A stretch of DNA of 64,000 nucleotides from Camelus dromedarius (lineage: Eukaryota), in assembly GCF_036321535.1 (NCBI RefSeq), contig NC_087436.1, positions 15,934,001 to 15,998,000 on the forward strand. The letters are read 5' to 3'. Made by a program: the position numbers and the translations under genes. The notes under the pieces were generated by a model. It was not told the origin of the DNA. It saw nothing but the letters and a program-made list of their open reading frames with translations, and did no database searches. Each line of letters opens with the position of its first letter. The first letter of the stretch is position 1. This document shows positions 12,355-23,260 of the stretch, one piece after another.

Positions 12355-13360
12355 TGTCCTTTCTCTTTTTTCCTTAGCCTGAGTAGAAACTTATTGATTG
12401 TATTGATCTGTTTGAAGAACCAGCTTTTGGTTTTGTTCCTCTATTGATTTTTTAAAAATTTTATTGATTTCTTACTGTTGAAAACTTACTAGTTTTCTTC
12501 TGCTTACTTTGGATTGAATTTTCTCATTCAAGTGTCCTAGGGTGGAAAGTTAGGTTATTGATTTTAGATCTTTTTTCTTTTCTAATATATGCATTCAGTG
12601 CTATAAATTTTCCTGTAAGCACTGCTTTTGCTGCATCCCACAGATTTTTATAAGTTGTGCTTTCATTTTCATTTAGTTGAAAATACTTCTTTATTTTGAG
12701 ATTTCTTCTTTGTATTTAGAAGTATGTTGTTTAACCTTCAGTTATTTGGCATTTTGCAGCTTTATTTCTGTTATTTATTTCTAATTAAATTCCGTTGTGA
12801 TCTAAGAGCAAATTTTTCTGAGAGTGATAATTTACAGTCTTTACATTTGTTGTTTAGGTGTTGTATGGCCCCAGATGTGGTCTGCTTGGTGAATGTTCCA
12901 TGTTAGCTTGAGAAAAATATGTACTTTGCTATTGTAGGATGAAGTAGTCTGTAGATGTCAGTTATATTCAATTGACTAATGGTATTTTTGAAGTTAACTA
13001 TGTCCTTACTGATTTTCTGCCTGCTCGATCTGTTTCTGAGAAAGGTATTTTGAAGTCTCTAATTATGATAATGGATTCATCTGTTTTTCCTTGCAGTTCT
13101 GTCAGTTTTTGCCTTCCATAGTTTTAGGCTCTAAGTTAGGTGCATACATGTTAAGGACTGTTACGTCATCTTGGAGAATTGACCGCTTTATCATTATGTA
13201 ATGCCCTTCTTTATCCTTGGTAACTTTCCTTACTCTGAAGTGTTCTCTGTCTGAAATTAATACAGCTACACTTGCTTTTTGATTAGTATTAGCGTGGTAT
13301 ATTTTTCTCCATTCATTTACTTTTAATCTTTATGTAACTTTATATTTAAACTGGGTTTCT

Positions 13361-13496
13361 CGCTATGGCTAGGACTTCCAGTATAATACTGTACGCCAGA
13401 AATTGACATTATATTGATATTGACATTGACATTATAAACTGACTATACTTCAACTGAAAAAAAAGGGGAAAAAATTTTTAAAAGAATAGCCAAAAA
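13361..13496 (+). mobile_element. Young, extremely 5'-truncated L1 3' end nested in older L1
   Basis: ccagaaattgaca...taaactgactatacttcaa + A-rich tail, the same terminus seen antisense at 44090-44130. Imperfect TSD aaa(c/g)tgg(g/a)tttct at 13348-13360 and 13497-13509. Confidence 0.7.
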
Positions 13497-13693
13497 AAAG
13501 TGGATTTCTTGAAGACAACATGCAATTGATAAGCAAGTTTTTAAACATCAGAAATGTATATTAAAGTCACTCATACTTGAAGTTAGGCTTATAGTCATGT
13601 GACTATATGAAAAATGTACATATATACATATATATCTTAGATATTTACTTTTTGAAAAATCTAGTAATTTATTTTTAATTTTAATTTATTCAG

Positions 13694-13786
13694 TGTTATC
13701 TATAAACTGATGGCATCAACAAGTGAAGGAATCAGAGTACAAGCTCTCAAGGCAATGGGTTATTTTTTAAAACATCTGGCGCCAAA
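13694..13786 (+). CDS. LRBA: LRBA coding exon (window exon 4, 93 nt)
   Basis: ttcag|T; VIYKLMASTSEGIRVQALKAMGYFLKHLAP(K); AA|gtaagt; phase 2 to 2. Confidence 0.95.
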
Positions 13787-14274
13787 GTAAGTATGCATGA
13801 AATCTGAAATAGAATATGTATGTTACTTACTTATTTTAAAAATCTTTGGAATAATATTTCCATCATGTGATTCCTCTATTCTCACTTCTCTTTATTTTTA
13901 TTCATAAAATGCTATATAAATTTAATCCTATTTCTACTTATCAAAAATAAAATAGGAACAAGAGTATATATATGGTTTGTGTTTTTACTTAAATTTTCCT
14001 TTTTTTTTTAATTTATTATGAGAATACATTTGTATACATAGAATTCTAGGTACCATGGGGACTTCATTTCAGATGGCTTGATCATTTGCTTTATCTGTTG
14101 TATTAAGCTGACATGTTAACCTGAATGTTTGCCACATAGTTTGTTCTGCTATACACATAACTAAAAACTGAAACTTACATTTTTTTTCTTAGCTTAATGT
14201 AGGCATTCAAATCCTATCAATTATTCCTTATACCAGGATTGGTTTATTATAATAATTAACAATTTTGGTGGTAG

Positions 14275-14475
14275 AAATTTATTGGTAAACTTTCAGTCCA
14301 GCTGACTGACTGTAAATAAAGTTTCACTGGAACACAGATACATTTATTTGATTATTATCTATGGCTGCTTTTATGTTACAGCAACAGTGTTGAGTTGTTG
14401 CTGCAGGAAACATAGTCCGCAAAGCCTAAAGCATACAATATCCAGTCATTTGCAGAAAAAATTAGACAAATCCAG
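14275..14475. mobile_element. hAT-Charlie MITE (MER58A-like)
   Basis: tgtaaataaagtttcactggaacacag...tatctatggctgctttt...gcaaagcctaaa...tttgcagaaaaa. Confidence 0.7.
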
Positions 14476-14968
14476 GAGTAGAATTAAGTTTGTGGTCCTT
14501 CAGTTTTTAAATTTTTGCCTGAAAGTTTAATTTTACTGTATTTATCTTCACAGTATTCATTAAAAAATTTGCTTACATTTCTTCTACCTTTTCTTCTGTA
14601 TTGTTTTTCGACTTTACTTATATGGCTTTAGGTTATTATTTATAGTAGAGCTTAGCTCAGCGCTGACAGCGAGTAGCTGCTGATTAGTAAATATTCGCCC
14701 TGAAGATCTTGATGGAGGTTTTGCTGTCCTCCGGCACAGCCAGTCTTGTATGTTTTCACCCTTCATTGCACCTGTATTGTAGTGTGTCTTTCTCTGCGTA
14801 AAGACTTTGTGGCCATGTAAGTTGTAGGTTGAAGAAAATTGGGAGCGTTATTGAGTGGAAATTTGTTGATGTTAAAACATTTTTGTGCCTCCTTTGTCAA
14901 CGTGCATACTAAATAATGAATAATAAAACTCTACCTTTGATTTTTTTTTTTTTTCTATCTAATTGCAG

Positions 14969-15077
14969 AAGAAAAGCTGAAGTCATGCTTGGACATGGAT
15001 TGTTTTCACTGTTAGCTGAAAGACTGATGCTTCAGACAAATTTAATCACAATGACCACATACAATGTCCTTTTTGAG
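14969..15077 (+). CDS. LRBA: LRBA coding exon (window exon 5, 109 nt)
   Basis: poly-T, ttgcag|A; RKAEVMLGHGLFSLLAERLMLQTNLITMTTYNVLFE; GAG|gtagga; phase 2 to 0. Confidence 0.95.
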
Positions 15078-15477
15078 GTAGGAATGTAGTTAGAATTTTA
15101 TCTTACTAACTTTTTATAATGAAAATACTGGTATAACTGAGCTGCTAGTGTCTAGATGAGATAAGATCATTCAAGTTTGATGCACAATTTTGGAACTAGT
15201 TATATAAAGGAGATGTGGCTGCATCTAAATAAATTAGTCTGTGAATTATTAAACAGTGTGGACATCTCTGTTTAAGTATTTTTCTCCATTATATTGACTA
15301 TTTGATGTTTCATTTTATAATTAAGTAAAAATAGAGCTATAATGAAATTATTTGTTTTACATAATGTAGAAGATATTTAACATGACATTATTAGACTATA
15401 CTTAATGTTGATTAGTGTTGTGTTAAAGTTCATTAGTAGTGATTAAGCTAATACAATCTATTGTTTTACTTCTGTAG

Positions 15478-15559
15478 ATTCTTATAGAACAGATTTGTAC
15501 TCAAGTAATACATAAACAGCATCCAGATCCTGATTCTTCAGTAAAGATCCAAAATCCTC
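15478..15559 (+). CDS. LRBA: LRBA coding exon (window exon 6, 82 nt)
   Basis: tctgtag|ATT; ILIEQICTQVIHKQHPDPDSSVKIQNP(Q); C|gtatgt; phase 0 to 1. Confidence 0.94.
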
Positions 15560-15609
15560 GTATGTATTTAGTATACTTTTATTTTTTTGATACCTGCTTT
15601 TTGCTCTTA

Positions 15610-15945
15610 CAGCTTTATTGAAATATGGTTGATGTATAACATTGTGTAATTTTAAGGTATTCAGTAATTTTAAGGTATTCAGTCTAATAATTTGATACAT
15701 GTTTATGTTGTGACATGGTTACCACAATAAGGTTAGTCCATCACTTCACATAGTTAAATTTTTTGTTGTGTTAATGTGTGGTGAAAACTTTTAAGATCTA
15801 TTTCCTTAGCAACTTTCAAATACACAATATAGTATTAACTGTGGTCTCTGGCTTATACATTGCGTCCCTGGAACTTACCCACCTTATAACTGGAGGTTTG
15901 TACTCTTTGAGCACCTTCACCCGTTTCTCCCACTCCCATCCTTTT
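15610..15945 (-). mobile_element. L1MA-type 3' end fragment
   Basis: cagctttattgaaatatggttga...aagatctatttccttagcaactttcaaatacacaatatagtattaact...; contains an 18-bp tandem duplication (15646-15681). Confidence 0.75.
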
Positions 15946-16689
15946 TTACACTTTTTTTAAAATACCTTTTGCTACTAAAAGGAAAGTCATTGAAAAACCT
16001 AAGTTGATGTTGAAAACACATTTTTTCAAATAATATTTCATTACAAGCATTAATATAATACTAGTTTTATTTGTGTTTGATGTTGAGTATAACTTCAAAT
16101 TGCCATTAGGTTCTGTGGAAATGTTTATATATAGAGGTTTTTGAAGAATTATATGCATAAGATCTTGATTTAATTATATTCAGTTTTTGGTAAAGTTTTG
16201 ATTGAAGTATTTAGTGATGTCAGGCTAAATTACATGAACCACGGAGGTAGCTTTCTTCTTAAATTACTGTCAATCTAGAAGTATCAAGTTTGGAATTAAA
16301 AAACATCTTTTTTATTGTTTATGAATTTAGTCTTGGTTAACCATTTTTCTTTTGATATTTAGAATTCTTAAGCTTATATACCAATGCACATTTTTCATCT
16401 TTTAAGATTATTGACATTAAAAAACTGGTTTGTAGGGTTTACAGAATTAATTTTTATGTGACGAATTGTGTTCATGTTTGTTTTAAAAACATGTATGTCT
16501 AAAGTTTAATTTTTCTCAGCCTTCAGGGAGATGTGATACCATTTTAGAGAGCAAGAAAAGAAAGAATACCTTGATTTTATATATATAATGTGAAATATAT
16601 TTTTTTGTAGTTTGGGAAAGTTGACTTAATGAAGTAAGAATTTTAAAATATGTTAATCTGTGTAACGTATTAGCTTAGAAAGATAGGCA

Positions 16690-16920
16690 GTATAATGTGA
16701 TGTTTAAAAACATGGGCTGTCTGGCTTTTCAATCGTGTCTATATGTCTTAATAGTTAAATGGCTGGGTAAATTACTTAATTTCTATGTGCTTTAGTTTTC
16801 TTATCTCTAGAATGAGGATAATAATAGTATCTTGCTATCACTGTATAAGGATTAAATGTGTTAATACCTGTATTTTCTTAAAACAGTGTCACACGAAGGT
16901 ATATTCTCAAAATTAGTGAT
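16690..16920 (+). mobile_element. MIR SINE remnant
   Basis: ggcagtataatgtg...gggtaaattacttaatttctatgtgctttagttttcttatct...aatgaggataataatagta...aggattaaatg core. Confidence 0.7.
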
Positions 16921-17866
16921 TATCACCATCATCATCACTTTCATTACTACGATTATCATTATCATTGTAATCATTGTTCAGGTAGAGAGAATTTGAATTT
17001 GTTATTAGAAGAATTCAGAAATTGCTACCAAAATATGATTAATTTTCTGATAAGTATGTTCAAACTTGATATTTTGAACTTGTTGCTTCAGAATCACCAA
17101 AAACCTTGGGAAATGCTAGTTTGGAATTCCTCAATTTTTATTTGGGTAGGAAGTTGACATATTATTTAATTTTAAATTCAAGTTGTAGCTGTTTTTGTTT
17201 CTTTAAAATTTGGTATCTATATATTTTATAGAATTTCTATTCTTAAAGCTTAGTACTAGAAATTTAGACAGCGTTATGTTCAAGACCATTACAACAGCAG
17301 TTTTATTTGTGTTTGTTCGGGATGTTGAATAGGTTTTAATTCTCTTTTGAATTTTTTAATATCTAGTATAACTTTTAGAATTATGGAAGAAAATCTTGAC
17401 AGCTTTTAAAAATCATGATAATGAAAGAATATGTGCATATTATAAATTTTGTTGAAGAAGCTGAGAATTTATTCTCTTTCTGAGATTTTGATTATAGTTG
17501 TTTTTTTTTTTTTTTTTTATAGATATGCTTTACTCGCTGGCAGAGGTTAGGGAGAGGGTGTCAGCAGTTTTACCATCATTTAATTCATTTATAATTTAAT
17601 TTCATTTATAACAACCTTTTAAAATTCAACTTTACACATTCTAATGATGAAATTTAAAAATCCCTTTCTTGTTTACAGACGTTTTCTAATGAATGTATTA
17701 TCAGTCTTGTCTGCAGATGATAGTTTATAAAACAAAAGAGGATGTTTTCAGGAGACATTATCAAAGAAATGAAAGAAATTGCAATATATTGGTGATCTTC
17801 CATCATGAAGTTTTTTGTAGTGTTTTGGTTTTTACTAATTTATGAATTTTACTAATTATCTTACAG

Positions 17867-17990
17867 AGATACTAAAAGTAATTGCGACCCTACTTCGAAA
17901 TTCTCCCCAGTGTCCAGAGAGCATGGAAGTTCGCAGAGCCTTTCTTTCTGACATGATTAAACTTTTTAATAACAACAGAGAAAACAGAAG
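17867..17990 (+). CDS. LRBA: LRBA coding exon (window exon 7, 124 nt)
   Basis: ttacag|AG; ILKVIATLLRNSPQCPESMEVRRAFLSDMIKLFNNNRENR(R); AG|gtaagc; phase 1 to 2. Confidence 0.95.
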
Positions 17991-18288
17991 GTAAGCAGGA
18001 CTAGAAAGCATTTACTTGCAATATTCGAGTCTAGCTTTGAATGGGCCCATGTTTTCTAAAGAAAATTTCTTTAAGAATACTATGAAATGAATTTTCCAGA
18101 AGCTTTTTTCATTAAGGTTATGCAAGTAATGTACCATACAGTCAAATTGGGTTTTTAATACCACATTCTTGAATTGTTTTGAATACATAATAAAGCTGTT
18201 TTTTTGTTTGTTTTGAACTTTTGATGTTTAGAATTCTTTCAGGTGATTAATTTTTTTAAGTAATTCAGTATCCTCTTATAATTTTCAG

Positions 18289-18481
18289 GAGCTTGCTACA
18301 GTGTTCTGTGTGGCAAGAGTGGATGCTTTCTCTCTGCTATTTTAATCCTAAGAATTCAGATGAGCAGAAGATAACAGAAATGGTATATGCCATATTCAGA
18401 ATCTTACTCTACCATGCAGTCAAATACGAATGGGGTGGCTGGCGTGTGTGGGTAGACACCTTATCAATCACACATTCAAAG
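18289..18481 (+). CDS. LRBA: LRBA coding exon (window exon 8, 193 nt)
   Basis: ttttcag|[68 protein letters not shown]|gtaagt; phase 2 to 0; overlaps ORF 18293..18568. Confidence 0.96.
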
Positions 18482-19069
18482 GTAAGTTTCTGTATGAAAG
18501 TGTATTTCAGAATTTTAAATGTCTATAATTTTGAGTTTTATTTATTTATTAACATTTTATATACTTAAAATATGGGAAAAATGCAGATTATTCTGTGGAA
18601 ATGTAGTGAAATGAACAACTGAAAAAAGGAATGACTAAAAAATATGAAGTATTTACAACTTCTTCAGAAGCAAAATAGTTTTTTTTTCTCCACATATCAT
18701 TTTCACGTGTGCTCAAGTTAATACAATGAAACCTCATAATCCAGAGTAAAGGAATTTATATTTTCAGCAGCCATTTTCAAGCAAGGGTTCTCTGAATTTT
18801 ATGGTATTTTGAAGCTTTGAACACAAGGTGGCACACTATATTCAAAGATGGGAAGTTATTTTAGTAACGTAAATTGGTTGAGTAAACAGAAAAGCTCTGG
18901 CTAATTTTGCCTTTTCTCATGTTACAGTGAGTTAAATTGGTTTGGGAGAATCTACTAATCTCTTTTTTTGAAAAACTCAAGCTAGGGTTAACTTATTTAT
19001 GTATAGCTTTTGTTTAAAATTGTTAATGAAATGTGTTATGCATACAAAAAGGTATAAGCAATAATGTAC

Positions 19070-19880
19070 CTAGTACTGTTTATGAAATTGGGTTCCCCAT
19101 CCCAATTGCTTTGTCTACCATTTTTAGCCCCTCTCTCCTACCCCGCTTACCTGAGTTTGGTGTTTTCATTATGTCTGTGTTGTGTGTATTTTTAACTACA
19201 CACACATACACATACACACACACACTAAAGAATTTTTAATTTCATGTTTACAGTCAATATAAGTGGTATTAAGGCATTTTTCTGCAACTAGCTGTTTTTA
19301 CTTATTGTTTTAGATTTATCCATATTGACCAATGTAGCTGTGTTCATTTTTTCAGTTGTATTGTATTCCACGGTATGACTTTATCCATTTACGAGTTGAT
19401 GAGCATTTTTGATGCATTTTGTATGTATTGGGAAGTTTCTCTCTAGAGAAAAATATCTTCCTGGAAATAGAATTGCTGATTTGTAAGATGCAGATGTTGA
19501 ACATAATAAGATAATGCATTTCCTTTTCCAAAGCGGTGTAGTAGTGTACATTCTCTCCAGCAATGTATTACCCCATATTACCTCATCACTTGCTATGGCT
19601 GGAGTTAAAATTTTTTGCAAGTTTGATGATGCTATGTCTCCATAACATTAATTTGCATTTTCTTATTGTTTTGTGGGAGTTCTTCATGTTCTTGGTCTTA
19701 ATCCTTTGTTAGCTGTATTGTTTATGAATGTCTTATGCCAATTTATTCCTTATCTATTTATTTTTGGAGTTTTATGTTTGTGTCTTCTGAGGAAATTTTA
19801 CATCTCAAATAATTAATGTAGTAAAATTTATTAGTTTCTATTTATGGTTTGTGCTTTTTGTATGTTTAAGAACTTTCTAT
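19070..19880 (-). mobile_element. Old L1ME-like 3' fragment
   Basis: aaatagaattgctg...ttccaaagcggtgtagt...tttaatttgcatttt-like motifs of the antisense L1 3' region. Confidence 0.55.
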
Positions 19881-20308
19881 AGATTCACAGAAGGAATATA
19901 ATTAAATAAACATTCATATTATAAATTGACTAGAAGGCATAAAGAATAGAAACGATAAATTTGATATATCTTTAAATGTTTCATTTTACTGACTATCATA
20001 GTTATTACTCTGGAATATTTTGCCATTCTATTGGAATATACTGTCATTTTCTAAATATATGTTTTTGGTTGTTTGAATAACTTTTAGCTCTTTGAAGGCA
20101 CCTAAGAGTTACTCATTCTGTCTCCTCCTTCAGTGAGAAGAGGTGTGTTCCTATCATGAGGATTTATAAAGATACATTAGATCAGAAGATATTACCATAC
20201 AAATTTATGTTTGAGAATAATCCAGTGCTAGATGGAACAAAGGTGTGATTTTATAAAATGGCTTTCTTTTAGTCACTACATTTTTTAGCTGACCGGTTTA
20301 GTCTAAGG

Positions 20309-20523
20309 CAGAGTTCAGCCAAGCATGGCCTGAGGGCCAGTCTGGCCTGACCTGTTTCGATAAATAAAATTTTATTGGAACACAGCCGCTCCCGTTAATT
20401 TATATATTTTCTATGACTGCTTTCATGCTATAAGTATTGAGTATTTGCAACAGAGACTGTGTGGCCCCCCAGGCCTAAAACATTTACTGTTTGACACTTT
20501 ACATAAACACTTTGCCACCTCTT
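20309..20523. mobile_element. hAT-Charlie MITE (MER58A-like)
   Basis: ggcctgagggccagtctggcc...taaataaaattttattggaacacagcc...gcaacagagactgtgtggccc...tttgccacctct. Confidence 0.75.
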
Positions 20524-20842
20524 GTCTGACTTACTCTAGTTTGTGCTGGTGCACAGCTGATCTGGTTTCTGTTGTAGTGGGCTGCTGAAGTCTGCACTGA
20601 TTTTCTTCTAGTATTGTTTTCCTCTTTACAAAAGATCATGAAGAAAAACAGGATTGAGTTTTGGCTTCACATAATTCGGATTGGATTTCAGAGATATCCG
20701 GGAGAATTGTAGGTTACGAAGTACCTGTATAAATTAGGTTTTTCAAATTTTCTAAATAGTATGTGTTAATTTGGTGCTTTTGCATACGCTTTATGCTGTC
20801 AGGTCCTTAGGAAGAATGGTTAGAGGAGTATAACCTTTAGAA

Positions 20843-21310
20843 CAGTAATTTCTTGAAGCACAGCCTGAAGATGTTGGGAGCCTAAGAGACCATTTCAGGG
20901 AATGGTGAGGTTTTCCTTTCCCAGCTACTTACCTAGTTAGAGGGTGGGTTTTCCATGTACTTCAACCAAAGCAATATAATGCAACAGATTCAATATAAAA
21001 ACAGATATTAGGAAGTAGCCTTCTTCTATTTAGCCAAAATGGAAAGAGATTTGCAAAACTGCAATAATACTGCTCTTCTCATTATTATTTTTTTGTTTTG
21101 AAAAATAATCATTTTTCAGAAAATATGTTACTTATACTAACATACATTGGATGGATTACTATTTTAAAATGAATTATTTGTAAATTTCTTAGTTTTAATT
21201 TCTAATATGATAAGTAGTAATAGATATACCTCATATAAATAGAAGGTTTGGGGGATGTACTTTTGTAAGAGTGTAAGGGATCCTGAGACCAAAATGCCTG
21301 AGAACTGCTG
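20843..21310. mobile_element. hAT-Charlie DNA transposon deletion derivative
   Basis: Termini cagtaatttct...tgagaactgctg; internal cttcaaccaaagcaatataatgcaacagatt and gtaagggatcctgagaccaaaa motifs. Confidence 0.6.
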
Positions 21311-21649
21311 AAGTCCTAGGCTAGGGCCAGTAGCCTAGTCTCCTAGAATTTTCTATCCAAAAAATAAAAGGGTTGGACTAGGAGATATCTCAGGTACCTT
21401 TGAGTTTCTGAGCATCTATTACTAAGTATTTACATCCAGTCACCATTCCATTTGTGTAAGTAATGAAGGGAACATGAACTTTGGAGACAGGATAGTCCTG
21501 GGTTTGAATTCTGATTTATAGTGATTTTTAGTTGTGTAAACTCAGGGAAGTTTCTAAACTTTTCTTTATGTCTAAACTAGAAATGGTAAATGTGTAATAT
21601 GTGTATATATCTGGAATTAGGAGTTAATAAGTGAAATAACAGAAAATAG

Positions 21650-22500
21650 AATTAAATGATTATTTTCCTTTGTTACACTTCTGTCATTCCTCCAGTTAAT
21701 CCTTTTGTTCTCATTCTTACTGCAGGCTAAACCTGATTGCCATCTTGAATTTGTGTTTACATTCCCCTCTCAAAAAAGTTTAAAAAAAAGTATTCCTCAA
21801 TGATACATTCTCTCATTTTGCCTATTTTTATATTTTATGAAAATGGCATTGTACTGTGTGGACTCTTCTGTTACTTAATTTTTCCTCATCAAACGTTTTG
21901 TCTCTGAGATTCTTCTTTAGTGTCACATATAGATTTGCTTCATTCATTTTCACTTCTGTGAATAACTCAGGTGCTCAAAGGCAACGATTTCAATAGAGTT
22001 GTCATTTTCAAACTTCATGTGACTCACAGTGAGACATTTACTGTGACCAGATATGTCTGTGTACACCCATGTGCCTGCGCACAGACACGCACATACACAG
22101 AGACACGCACACACACCTTTCTCCCACCACACACCTGAAACAGAAGTTTCGTGAGACAGTGTTACCCTTTAAATTTTGGTATATAGTGATGCACTGGAAT
22201 GTTCTTTATTCTTTTTCATTTAAAAATGCTGATGATGCCTCAATAAATTGATTCCATAATCCGCCAACTGAGTCATCTTCAGTGTGAAAACAGCTCTGCT
22301 CTAGGAAATATTAGTAGGAATAGAATTGCTAGGTTCTAAGTAATATCAGTTCCTAATCCTTTATACTGTTAGACTTCTTATTTTTGTAAGGTTTTGTCTT
22401 TTGCCTACTTTGAATGATTCTTAATGATTTGTAATTCTTTGTACATGTCCAGATTACTTCTAGTCTGGATATTTCTAATGGTCTGTAGCCTTAGGTATTA
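21650..22500 (-). mobile_element. Old L1ME-like 3' fragments with embedded CA-rich segment
   Basis: aaatggcattgtactgtgtg...ttgcttcattcattttcact...gaatagaattgctaggt; (CA)-rich run 22070-22135. Confidence 0.45.
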
Positions 22501-22914
22501 TTTTCTTCTAGATTTATTAAGCTAAAAATAACTTTATTTAAAAATGTTATTCCCCTCCATAAACACTCTGTTCTCATCTTCTTAGAAAGGCAAACGATTT
22601 CTACCTAATTTTTCACTATTTCCCTTGAAAAAACGTACTTCCTACCTCACCTTACACAATTTCACTTGACAAAAATCTCCACTCTGGCTATGTTGGTTCT
22701 ACTCTTTTTAAAATTAATCAGGCTTTGTTAAATCATCATTTTTGTTTATTTGTGACATGAACTTTGTGCTCATTTGTACTTACCCAAATTATTTATATTG
22801 TTTATGATTTAGCTGGCTACATCACTGTTATATGACAGTTTTTTGTACTCTCAGGCCATGTTGTCATTCTGTATGAATTTACAGCACTTAATTTTCTCTT
22901 GGTGTCTTTCTTAA

Positions 22915-23260
22915 GTTGTTTTTCTCCCCCTCCCTCCCCTCCTTTCCCTCTTTCTTCCTCCCCCTCCCCCCTCCTCTCTCCCTTTCTCCCCTGCTTCTCC
23001 CACCCCCCACTTCCTTACTCCCCCTCTTTCCCCCAGCCTCCTCCTCTTTTTCTCCATTTGGTATGTTTTGTCTGCTCCGTCCTCCCCTGTCTGTGGTTGG
23101 CCTGACCCTCCATGGTCTCTTTCACTCATTTTTGGTCACTATGTCTAGGTCTTACCACAGTTGCCCACCTCTTTCTTTCCCAGTATACTTTGTCTTTCCT
23201 CTTTTTGTTCTTTCCATTCCTCCCTTTTGTTTTTCCTGTCTTCTTCTATTTGAGTACCTT
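22915..23260. repeat. Polypyrimidine (C/T-rich) low-complexity tract
   Basis: 22920-23055 is almost purely C/T on the + strand, with many C3-C6 runs; pyrimidine bias continues to ~23260. Confidence 0.9.

Larger units (their letters stand above)
9420..13525 (-). mobile_element. Degenerate L1 (L1MC-like 3'UTR plus most of ORF2), ~4 kb, with nested inserts
   Basis: Minus-strand ORF remnants are L1 ORF2 motifs: MFIVALFIITKTYKQPRCPS (9576..9803), PNLIYRFNAIPTKIP (10826..11014), HHQVRFIPGMQGWFNI (11605..11811). Many stops and frameshifts. Confidence 0.9.

Noticed and set aside
9235..12906. Multiple short ORFs suggesting an active retroelement or membrane proteins
   Set aside because: Fragmented L1 ORF2 remnants (minus) and their hydrophobic-looking antisense translations (plus); many stops and frameshifts.
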